NCBI GenBank assembly: GCA_043780835.1
Contig: JAYWCB010000013.1
Coordinates: forward strand, 13,512-77,511
From: Minisyncoccota bacterium
GTDB lineage: Bacteria > Patescibacteriota > Minisyncoccia > Phycocordibacterales > UBA2100
Length of the DNA: 64,000 bases
Direction: 5' to 3'
The translations under genes and the position numbers were made by a program. Positions within the stretch are counted from its first letter, which is position 1. Each line of letters opens with the position of its first letter. Shown one piece after another: positions 39,527 to 47,842 of this stretch. The notes under the pieces were generated by a model that was given only the letters and a program-made list of their open reading frames with translations, did no database searches and was not told the origin of the DNA.

Positions 39527-40810
39527 ATGAATCCCGTTAGAAATAGCCCGCCCGTAGGCCCTGTGGGCGCGCCTAGCGCGGGCGCGATTTCTAACGGGAT
39601 GAAGAAAATTCTTATTTTCTCGCTCACGTACCATCCGTATGTGGGTGGCGCAGAAGTTGCTCTGAAAGAAATCACGGACCGCTTGCCGGAATACGAATTC
39701 CACATGATCACGCTTCGCTTTGACAGTGCGCTACCGTATGCGGAAGAAAAAGGAAATATTACGCTCTATCGCATCGGGCCCTCGGTTTCGAATCCGACGG
39801 TATCCGACAGGAACATGCCGTTTATGCTGCGTCTCGCTAAATGGCTGTATCCGATCAATGCCGCGCTCACTGCACTCGCGCTGCACCGCACGCAACGCTT
39901 TGACCTGACGTGGTCAATGATGGCGAATCACGCAGGGTTTGCGGGCATGATTTTCAAACTGTTTCATCCAAATGTGCCGCACGTGCTTGAGCTACAGGAT
40001 GGCCGCGCATTTGCAGACATGAAAGATCGTCAGCCGATCCTGCGCCTTATCTGGCCGCTCTATACCCGCGTGTACCGATGTGCGGATGCTATCAAGGTGA
40101 TTTCGAACTTCCTCGCGAATGAAGTACAGAAACTCGGCGTATCCGCGCCGGTGCATATTATTCCCAACGGAGTCGATGTCGCAAAATTTTCCGCACCGAT
40201 TTCAGACGAGCGGATTCTCGATTTGAAAAACAAACTGAATAAAAAAATGGGGGATGTGATTTTGTTCACCGCGTCACGTCTCGTGCTCTCCCGTGGTGTC
40301 GAGGACACCATCCGCGCACTCTCACATTTGCCTGATAACGTGCGGTTTGTCGTGGCGGGTACCGGTGACGACAAAGAAAAACTTGAAACAATCGCTCGCG
40401 AGGCGCAGGTTGCAGATCGTGTGCAGTTCGTGGGGCATGTCGATCACCGAGAACTCCCGGCGTATTACAAAGCGTCGGATATTTTTGTGAGACCGTCGAT
40501 CATCGAAGGTTTCGGGAATGCATTTGTTGAAGCCTTTGCGGCCGGGATTCCGGTGGTTGCAACTGCAGTCGGGGGCATTCCTGATTTTCTTTTTGATCCG
40601 GATAAAAATAGCGACAAACCACCGACGGGGCTTTTTTGTTCGGTCCGTGATCCGGTATCGATTGCCGCAGCGGTGACGCGATACATCGATACTCCGGCAT
40701 TGGTATCAGAGGTTGTCTCAAACGCAAAAATACTGGTCGCAGAAAAGTACGACTGGAATAGTATTGCGAAAATGCAAAAAGATTTCATGTTCGAGGCTCT
40801 CTTAAAATAA
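39527..40810 (+). CDS. GT4 glycosyltransferase; native start 39599, 24-aa element-derived N-extension
   Basis: VGGAE, IIPNGVD, EGFGNAFVEA. Confidence 0.92.
   Translation: MNPVRNSPPVGPVGAPSAGAISNGMKKILIFSLTYHPYVGGAEVALKEITDRLPEYEFHMITLRFDSALPYAEEKGNITLYRIGPSVSNPTVSDRNMPFMLRLAKWLYPINAALTALALHRTQRFDLTWSMMANHAGFAGMIFKLFHPNVPHVLELQDGRAFADMKDRQPILRLIWPLYTRVYRCADAIKVISNFLANEVQKLGVSAPVHIIPNGVDVAKFSAPISDERILDLKNKLNKKMGDVILFTASRLVLSRGVEDTIRALSHLPDNVRFVVAGTGDDKEKLETIAREAQVADRVQFVGHVDHRELPAYYKASDIFVRPSIIEGFGNAFVEAFAAGIPVVATAVGGIPDFLFDPDKNSDKPPTGLFCSVRDPVSIAAAVTRYIDTPALVSEVVSNAKILVAEKYDWNSIAKMQKDFMFEALLK
39532..39599. mobile_element. Start-codon-inserted TIR element, copy 1 (68 bp, non-autonomous)
   Basis: TIR TCCCGTTAGAAAT/ATTTCTAACGGGA; TGAA duplicated at 39528-31 and 39600-03. 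Confidence 0.85.
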
Positions 40811-40887
40811 TCCTGCGCACCGAAACCGCTTGCGTGCTTCGTATATACGCGCTTATGTGAATACAGCGTCAACCACGGGAGGCTCTG

Positions 40888-41130
40888 ATGGACTCAGTTC
40901 TTACGGCCTACATCGATGCGAATGAACGTGCTGCTCGAGCACATATGGGTCTCGTGCATGCGTCTATGGCGTTTTATCTCACGTTCGTGACGAGGTGCAT
41001 TGTTGAACCATTGCTTGCGGTTTTGCCGCCGTCTGCCGCACAGCGCGCAATTTCCGCAGTGAGACGATCGTCTTTCGGTGCACATGTGGTCATCGAGACC
41101 AATGTACCGCAATGGAATCTGCGCGCATAA
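40888..41130 (+). CDS. Hypothetical protein (80 aa)
   Basis: GGGAGG SD; no motif. Confidence 0.5.
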   Translation: MDSVLTAYIDANERAARAHMGLVHASMAFYLTFVTRCIVEPLLAVLPPSAAQRAISAVRRSSFGAHVVIETNVPQWNLRA

Positions 41131-41214
41131 GCGGAACTGGCGCGATGGAAAATCGGTGATAGTTTAACGATAGGCATAGCGTTCAATTGTGCCTCAACGG
41201 AAAGGAGTGACAGA

Positions 41215-41391
41215 ATGACAACCATCTGCACCTCAAGGCCCGAAGCGGATGCGCGTCTTTTATATCCACCGCTCGCACGCGAAGTTGCCCAATTCTGGGC
41301 CGGCGCTCTGGATACCACTGTGCTCTTGCCGTTCAATATCTGGTTTCGAATTGTGTTTGCAATAACTCCTCGGAAACCGGAAACTGCATAG
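41215..41391 (+). CDS. Hypothetical protein (58 aa)
   Basis: Hand-translated MTTICTSRPEAD..; AAAGGAG SD. Confidence 0.45.
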   Translation: MTTICTSRPEADARLLYPPLAREVAQFWAGALDTTVLLPFNIWFRIVFAITPRKPETA

Positions 41392-41472
41392 CCCTCAGTG
41401 CTGACCTGAACCTTTTTTGATGGCGTGCTACATCTCGTAGCGCGCCATCATGCTTTGCGCTATGGTGACCTC

Positions 41473-41757
41473 ATGAATCCCGTTAGAGATTCTGACAATT
41501 GGTACACCTATGTTTTGCGTAGTAAAAAGGACCAGAAATGGTATACAGGGTTCACGCACGATCTTCGGAAGCGCTTCAAAGAGCATAGCGATGGTCAGAG
41601 CGTGTCAACAAAAAACCGTGGCCCATTTGAGCTCATATATTATGAAATGTGTCGGAATGAAACAGATGCAAGGTCGAGAGAATTATTTCTTAAATCGGGA
41701 ATGGGCAAGCGTTTCCTCAAAACTCGTATGAAGCGCTTCCTATCTCTAACGGGATGA
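41473..41757 (+). CDS. GIY-YIG nuclease (94 aa), cargo of TIR element copy 2
   Basis: YTYVLRS..WYTG..DLRKRFKEH..GPFELIYYE..ARSRELFLKSG. Confidence 0.92.
   Translation: MNPVRDSDNWYTYVLRSKKDQKWYTGFTHDLRKRFKEHSDGQSVSTKNRGPFELIYYEMCRNETDARSRELFLKSGMGKRFLKTRMKRFLSLTG
41478..41754. mobile_element. Start-codon-inserted TIR element, copy 2 (277 bp, GIY-YIG cargo)
   Basis: TIR TCCCGTTAGAGAT/ATCTCTAACGGGA; TGAA duplicated at 41474-77 and 41755-58. Confidence 0.85.
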
Positions 41758-42746
41758 AGGTGGTAATAGCGACCGGAATATTCCCGCCCGAAGTGGGCGG
41801 TCCTGCGTTTTACTCCAAGAGCCTCTCCGAAGCGCTCAGTGCACAAGGACACGACGTGCGCGTTGTGTTGTATGGAACTTTAAAGTCGTGGCCGAGCGGG
41901 CTTCGTCACGCGCTGTACTGTTTTAAGCTTATGCGGCATGCATTTGGTGCAACATCTATCATCGCGTTCGATACATATTCTGTCGGATTGCCTGCGGTCG
42001 TTGCGGGGATGTTGATGCGAGTGCCGGTCACGATTCGCATCGGCGGGGATTTTATATGGGAAATGTATACCGAGCGCACGGGCGATTTAATACCACTTAC
42101 GGAGATTTATCATGAGCGGGGACGATGGGACTCGAAAGAACGTTTTATCTTCCGAGTGCAGCGCTGGGTCATTCCGCGTGCGACACTCGCGTTTTCGTGC
42201 GCATGGATCCGCGACTTGTGGAAAGATGTCTATTCATTTGATGACACGCAAACAAGTGTTATCGAAAATCCGATACCGCAGAAGCTCGAATCTAAGAAGC
42301 CGCTTCGAAAGAATTTTGCGTTTTACACGCGGCAGATCGCACTCAAGAATAACGATGCGTTCCGCCGAGCGTTTAATCGCGCAAAAAATGTGCACCCCGA
42401 CATTGAGCTCGAAGAGGGCATGGTGCCAAAGGACGATCTGATGCGCCGCATGCAGGAATGCTACGCGGTTGTGCTCCCGTCAATCTCCGACGTGACGCCG
42501 AATTACATAATCGACGCGATACGATGTGGAAAACCTTTTTTGCTGACGAAATACAGTGGCTACGCCGAGCGGTTCAAGGAGTATGGTGTGATCGTGGATC
42601 CGTTAAGCGAAGAGGATATGACCCGGGGCATCATGGCACTTGCCGAAGAAAAGACGTATGACATCTACAAAAAACGGCTTGCGGAGTTCGACACCGTACG
42701 CACGTTTGATGACATCGCGCGCGAGTTTATCGCGCTTACGAACTGA
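41754..42746 (+). CDS. GT4 glycosyltransferase
   Basis: MKVVIATGIFPPEVGGPA; VLPSISDVTPN. Confidence 0.88.
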   Translation: MKVVIATGIFPPEVGGPAFYSKSLSEALSAQGHDVRVVLYGTLKSWPSGLRHALYCFKLMRHAFGATSIIAFDTYSVGLPAVVAGMLMRVPVTIRIGGDFIWEMYTERTGDLIPLTEIYHERGRWDSKERFIFRVQRWVIPRATLAFSCAWIRDLWKDVYSFDDTQTSVIENPIPQKLESKKPLRKNFAFYTRQIALKNNDAFRRAFNRAKNVHPDIELEEGMVPKDDLMRRMQECYAVVLPSISDVTPNYIIDAIRCGKPFLLTKYSGYAERFKEYGVIVDPLSEEDMTRGIMALAEEKTYDIYKKRLAEFDTVRTFDDIAREFIALTN

Positions 42747-43497
42747 CCTTCTTCGCCTTTACGATAAAAGCGGTCCCAAGAAATCGAAGTGGGGTGCGAT
42801 CGAGATGCTCGCACACTTTCGACAACCACACGGTGAATTTTGGGAGAAGTCTATCAAGCGGAAAGGGAACGAGTTTAAAATTGTAGTAGAGGACTTCCGT
42901 CGTCTCTAATCCGTGCTCACGTTGGAGTGCGATTACATGTTCGTGCGTGTATTCGCGGTGCAGCAAAATCTTCTTTTTACCCGGTTGTACGATAGATACT
43001 AAAAAACGGAGGAAGCGATTCCAGAGCCGCCACGGACTACGCACATTCGGGTAGGTGATGATTGATATACCGTCGTCTTTTAAAATACGGTTCGTTTCTT
43101 TGAGGTATCGCGGTTCGTCGTCGAGGTATTCAATAAGCCCCATTGCGGTCACGATGTCGAACGCTTTATCTGGAACAGCAAGCACATACGCATCGCCCAC
43201 TGCACATGTAACATGCGGGTCACCGGCCGCTTCTTGTTTTGCGAGCTCCACCATATCCGGTGCGGCATCAATCGCGGTCACCTCGTAGTGCTTTGCGCGC
43301 AAACCTTTGATCATAATGCCCGGCCCGCACGCGAGATCGAGAATGTGCAGCCCCGCGCCGTCCGGGAGCATATCGAGCACCTTTTCGCGCCGCACTCGAA
43401 ATGAGTAGCCTTCGGGTGTTTCGTCCGTGTACCAGCCGAGGTAGGTCTTACTTAAGTCATTGAAATATGTCACCTCTGTTCTTCGATCTGTAGTCAT
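42736..43497 (-). CDS. Class I SAM-dependent methyltransferase
   Basis: ILDLACGPG, FDIV. Confidence 0.9.
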   Translation of the reverse strand: MTTDRRTEVTYFNDLSKTYLGWYTDETPEGYSFRVRREKVLDMLPDGAGLHILDLACGPGIMIKGLRAKHYEVTAIDAAPDMVELAKQEAAGDPHVTCAVGDAYVLAVPDKAFDIVTAMGLIEYLDDEPRYLKETNRILKDDGISIITYPNVRSPWRLWNRFLRFLVSIVQPGKKKILLHREYTHEHVIALQREHGLETTEVLYYNFKLVPFPLDRLLPKFTVWLSKVCEHLDRTPLRFLGTAFIVKAKKVSS

Positions 43498-44462
43498 AGT
43501 CGTGATTTCAGGAATAATCGCACACCGCTCAGTATATTGGCAAATGTCGCAAAGTCCTCCGTCGCATCGAGCGCGAATCGATGAAGCCGATACGGCGAAG
43601 TCGTCGCATCGTTTACGCCCTCGATGGTAGTGAGAGCGTATGCAAAACCTGCCTCTTTCAACAGCACTTCGGTATCAGCATTCCAATCGCCTGATTGACC
43701 GTTGGGATACGCGAATACCGACGAAACAGTCACTCCGAGCGCTTCCAGATCGTGCTTTGAGCCCAGGATTTCATCTCGTTGTTCAGTGGTAGATTGTGTG
43801 GCCAAAATCGGATGCGTTTTGGTATGCGCCCCGAACGATATGCCATGCGTCTGCATCTCTAGGATCTCACTCTCTGAGAGCGGAGCGTACACCGCTCGAT
43901 CGTCGTCAAAATCTTCGAATTTCGTCCAACCGATTTGTTCGACGTTGCGCAGGTCGTGTTCGAGCATCAATGGTGAAAGTTTCTTGAACCGATCCCGGGT
44001 CTCGGCATCAAGCGCAATTTTCTCGGCATACGTGCCCTCGTCTTTTCCGATTGCATATTCGAGCCGATCGACCCACAAGGGAACTGATCGACACACGAAG
44101 TCTGTTGCGAGATATACGATAGCAGGAATGCCGCGTGCGCGCAGGATGGGAAACGCATGTGTGTAGAAATTTTTGTAGCCGTCATCAAATGTAATCACGA
44201 GCGCATTTTCCGGAAGCGTTCCCGCGATCATGCGCTGCGCCGCCTCTTCCATGGGCAGTATTGTGTACCGATTTTTCATGTATTCGATCTGTTGGGCGAA
44301 GCTTTCCGGCGTAATGAATTTGCCCCGGTAATTGTAAATGCCCGAGTCAATACGGGGTGCTACACCGTGATACAGTACGATCGTAAGCGAATGTTTATGC
44401 CTAGTACGGAACAAAGCGGGGACACCGCACAGATACAACAGTCGAAAGAAGAGGCGCTTCAT
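43494..44462 (-). CDS. Polysaccharide deacetylase (CE4)
   Basis: VLYHGV, ITFDDGY, GAHTKTHP, FAYPNG; native ATG 44462. Confidence 0.92.
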   Translation of the reverse strand: MKRLFFRLLYLCGVPALFRTRHKHSLTIVLYHGVAPRIDSGIYNYRGKFITPESFAQQIEYMKNRYTILPMEEAAQRMIAGTLPENALVITFDDGYKNFYTHAFPILRARGIPAIVYLATDFVCRSVPLWVDRLEYAIGKDEGTYAEKIALDAETRDRFKKLSPLMLEHDLRNVEQIGWTKFEDFDDDRAVYAPLSESEILEMQTHGISFGAHTKTHPILATQSTTEQRDEILGSKHDLEALGVTVSSVFAYPNGQSGDWNADTEVLLKEAGFAYALTTIEGVNDATTSPYRLHRFALDATEDFATFANILSGVRLFLKSRL

Positions 44463-44572
44463 CCCGTTAGAAATAGGACGCGGACGACAATGTCGCACAC
44501 CCTAAACCGCTATGCCCAATAAAGACGACCATATGGAAGATAGTACCAGCGCGTCCGCGATTTCTAACGGGA
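44462..44572. mobile_element. Start-codon-inserted TIR element, copy 3 (111 bp) in ATG of minus-strand deacetylase
   Basis: TIR TCCCGTTAGAAAT/ATTTCTAACGGGA; TTCA (TGAA on minus) duplicated at 44458-61 and 44573-76. Confidence 0.85.
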
Positions 44573-45669
44573 TTCATCCGCTGCATTATAGGCCATATTC
44601 GGTACTCACTGTAGGTACTGAGCTCGCCGTGCTTTCCCCTGAGTCGCCGGTACGAAAACGAATTTTTTCATATGGTAGGTATTTCAAGGCAATGCACATT
44701 GTGCTCATGAGTGGAATTACCGGTCAGGGTAATGCGCACGACGAAAACGTGACGGTGTACCCGACGAATTCACCGTCAAAAATACTTCGCTACTTTGACG
44801 CCCTCAAGATCGGCAAGACAATTGCAGGAATCGACATTGTTTCGTCGCAGGACCCGTTTGAGATCGGATTTATTTCCTGGCGTATCTCGCGACACCACAA
44901 GGTGCCGCTGCATGTGCAGGTACATACTGACTTTCTTTCACCGGAATACGCCGCGCATTCAATCATCAATTTGATACGGGTCGTGATCGCAGGATTTATT
45001 TTGCATCGTGCGGCACATGTACGCGTTGTTTCAAAAGAAGTCGCGGATCGCATCATCGCAAAGTACGGGACAAAAATCCCGCTTTCAATACTACCGATTT
45101 ACGTAGATCTCGAACGGTTCCGTTCCGCAACGGTTCCCGTGTCGATGTCGCAACGATTCCTCACATTTCCGCACAAGGTTCTGGTGGTTGCGCGATTTGA
45201 GCCTGAGAAAAATGTGCTGTTGGCAATTGATGCGTTTTTTGAAGGTGCACCGAAAGACGCGTGCCTCATAATCCTCGGCGAGGGGAGCGAGTATACGATG
45301 CTCGAGCGGCGTGTCACCAAACTCGGGCTTGATGCACGCGTGTTTTTTGAGGGGTACAAAGACCCATCGCCGTATTACGCGCTTGCCGATATCGTGCTCG
45401 TGCCGTCCGTGTATGAGGGCTACGGACAAGTGATAATTGAGGCACTCGCGGCACATAAACCGGTCCTTTCAACGGATGTGGGAATTGCAAAAGAAAGCGG
45501 CGCGATGATCGCCGCACCCGAGCAATTCGGCGCTGCACTGAAGGCGTGGTACGAAAACGGACCGCGAACGGCAGAACTCGTAAACTACCCGTACCCGTCA
45601 CTTCAAGATTACGTGGAGAAATATTGCGACGACATCGCATCTGTTAAAAAAGAAAAAACCGCGGTGTAA
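44512..45669 (+). CDS. GT4 glycosyltransferase (start lies inside TIR element; uncertain)
   Basis: QDPFEIG, QVHTD, VARFEPEKN, YEGYGQVIIEA; terminator 45653-45683. Confidence 0.88.
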   Translation: MPNKDDHMEDSTSASAISNGIHPLHYRPYSVLTVGTELAVLSPESPVRKRIFSYGRYFKAMHIVLMSGITGQGNAHDENVTVYPTNSPSKILRYFDALKIGKTIAGIDIVSSQDPFEIGFISWRISRHHKVPLHVQVHTDFLSPEYAAHSIINLIRVVIAGFILHRAAHVRVVSKEVADRIIAKYGTKIPLSILPIYVDLERFRSATVPVSMSQRFLTFPHKVLVVARFEPEKNVLLAIDAFFEGAPKDACLIILGEGSEYTMLERRVTKLGLDARVFFEGYKDPSPYYALADIVLVPSVYEGYGQVIIEALAAHKPVLSTDVGIAKESGAMIAAPEQFGAALKAWYENGPRTAELVNYPYPSLQDYVEKYCDDIASVKKEKTAV

Positions 45670-45760
45670 CCCGCGGTTTTTTTACACAAAGGCACCTCTC
45701 ACAAGCTGGTGCTTTTGGCAATGTTGCGATAGCCCAATGAATACGCCATAATTGGCCACT

Positions 45761-46687
45761 ATGAAGAAGCTACCCCTAAAAAAGACGTCAAAAAAGGGGC
45801 CTCTCGTCGGGTTTGTTGGTCAGGGCTGGCTCGGAAAAAACTATGCAGACGATTTTGAAAAGAGAGGCTATTCGGTGATTCGCTACTCATTGGAAGAACC
45901 GCATGTAAAGAATAGGGACGCAATTTCAACCTGCGATATTGTTTTTATCGCGGTGCCTACGCCGACGACACCGAAAGGTTTTCAGGACCACATTGTGCGC
46001 GAGGCTCTCGCACACGTGGGGAATGGAAAGATTGCCGTCATTCGCTCAACACTGATGCCGGGAACGTTGCGCTCGATGCAAAAGCAGTATCCCAAGAAGA
46101 TTCTCATGCATGCACCTGAATTCTTGAGCAGAATTACTGCGGCAGATGATGCCGCGCATCCGGCACAAAATATTATTGGCATAGCGCGGGCGACACCTGC
46201 CTACACGGCGGCGGCAAAGAAGGTCCTCGCAGTGATGCCAAAAGCGCCGTCCATGATTGTTTCTGCGGAGACCGCCGAACTCTACAAATACGTGCACAAC
46301 ACGTCATTGTTTGCACGCTCAATTTTTATGAATCTACTTTATGAGATAGCTGTCGGATTTGGCGTTGATTGGGATGATATAAAACGTGCCATCCAGCGAG
46401 ATCCGATGATCGCGTTTCAGGTGGAAAATGTATCGCACTGGCATATTGAGCCGCGACACACGGGGGGACGCGGCATCGGCGGTGATTGTCATATCAAAGA
46501 TATCGAGACACTCTCGCGTGTGTACGCGCAGGTTGTTGGTGACACGGACGGAACAAAGGCCATCGATGCGATGAAGCGCAAAAACATTCATTTACTTTTG
46601 CAGAGCAAAAAAGATCTGCACTTGCTTGAAGGTGTATACGGCACACAGGTACACAAAAAGATTTTAAAGAAAGGTTCAAAGAAATAG
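45761..46687 (+). CDS. Short UDP-glucose/GDP-mannose dehydrogenase family protein
   Basis: GQGWLG, AVPTPT, IRST, PEFL, GIGGDCHIKD; lacks usual C-terminal domain. Confidence 0.88.
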   Translation: MKKLPLKKTSKKGPLVGFVGQGWLGKNYADDFEKRGYSVIRYSLEEPHVKNRDAISTCDIVFIAVPTPTTPKGFQDHIVREALAHVGNGKIAVIRSTLMPGTLRSMQKQYPKKILMHAPEFLSRITAADDAAHPAQNIIGIARATPAYTAAAKKVLAVMPKAPSMIVSAETAELYKYVHNTSLFARSIFMNLLYEIAVGFGVDWDDIKRAIQRDPMIAFQVENVSHWHIEPRHTGGRGIGGDCHIKDIETLSRVYAQVVGDTDGTKAIDAMKRKNIHLLLQSKKDLHLLEGVYGTQVHKKILKKGSKK

Positions 46688-46693
46688 TATGCG

Positions 46694-46811
46694 TCCCGTT
46701 AGAGGCCGCGGAAGCTACCGCATGTTTTTGTTCACGGTATAGTGTTTTACATGAACGAACCTACGCAGAGCGAGCGGGTTCGGGAAGCGACGCTTCCTGC
46801 CTCTAACGGGA
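46694..46811. mobile_element. Start-codon-inserted TIR element, copy 4 (118 bp)
   Basis: TIR TCCCGTTAGAGGC/GCCTCTAACGGGA; TGCG duplicated at 46690-93 and 46812-15. Confidence 0.85.
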
Positions 46812-47842
46812 TGCGCCTTTTGATCGTCACACAGGCGGTCGACACAAAGGATCCGGTACTCGGTTTTTTTCACCGATGGATCGAGGAAATGGCAGCGCAC
46901 ACGGAGCGCGCGCACGTGATCTGTCTCAAAGAGGGTACGCACTCGCTGCCTGCACATGTGACCGTGCATTCATTGGGAAAGGAGACGGGTCGCTCTCGTC
47001 TCAAATACGTCTTACGGTTTTATTCGTATATATGGCGCTTACGAGGCGAGTATGACGCGGTGTATGTGCACATGAATCAAGAATACGTGCTGCTGGGAGG
47101 TTTGTTGTGGAGGCTCCTCGGTAAAAAAATCGTGCTGTGGCGCAATCATAAGATCGGTACGGTGTGGACGAACATTGCTTGTGTACTTTCAAATACCGTC
47201 TGCTTCACCTCTGGCGCCGCGTATGTTGCGCGTGAACGTAACGCGGTTCAAATGCCGATCGGTGTAGACACGACACTGTTCGCGCCGCGCGGTGCTGTGC
47301 TTGCGCGATCAGTTCTGTTCCTCGGGCGTCTTGATCCCGTAAAGAATGTGCACTTGTTCGTCTCTGCGCTCACAAAAATGTACGAGTCAGGAGAAGTATT
47401 CAAGGCGGCAATATACGGTTCACCGACGGATCCGAGATCAAAATATGCGCACGATGTGCGAAATCAAGCAACTGTCCTCGCGACCGAAGGAGTCCTGAGT
47501 GTACACGACGGCGTGACCAACGACGATGCCGCAAAGCTCTTCGCGGAACACGAAGTGTACGTAAACCTCACACCCTCGGGAAGTTTCGACAAGACAATCG
47601 GTGAGGCAATGTCAGCGGGTGCGATTGTCGTAGCGATGAACGCTGAGGTACAGCCGGTGCTGCCAGCGTCTCTTTTTGTACACGATGAAACACCCGAGAG
47701 TGCTGCGTATGCAATTACCGCAGCACTTGCACTCCCATCAGTGGAGCGCGATCGGATCGTCAATATTTCGCGTCGCTACATCAGCGATGAGCATTCACTT
47801 ACAAAGCTCGTTACAAAACTCATGCCGTTGCTATCTACCTAG
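46751..47842 (+). CDS. GT4 glycosyltransferase; native start 46811
   Basis: MRLLIVTQAVD..LGFFHRWI, LGRLDPVK, GSFDKTIGEAM. Confidence 0.9.
   Translation: MNEPTQSERVREATLPASNGMRLLIVTQAVDTKDPVLGFFHRWIEEMAAHTERAHVICLKEGTHSLPAHVTVHSLGKETGRSRLKYVLRFYSYIWRLRGEYDAVYVHMNQEYVLLGGLLWRLLGKKIVLWRNHKIGTVWTNIACVLSNTVCFTSGAAYVARERNAVQMPIGVDTTLFAPRGAVLARSVLFLGRLDPVKNVHLFVSALTKMYESGEVFKAAIYGSPTDPRSKYAHDVRNQATVLATEGVLSVHDGVTNDDAAKLFAEHEVYVNLTPSGSFDKTIGEAMSAGAIVVAMNAEVQPVLPASLFVHDETPESAAYAITAALALPSVERDRIVNISRRYISDEHSLTKLVTKLMPLLST

Noticed and set aside
39532-46811. Classical integron attC sites
   Set aside because: GTTAG/CTAAC cores enclose the cargo rather than follow a gene, target duplications are present, and no IntI is in the window; kept only as an analogy.
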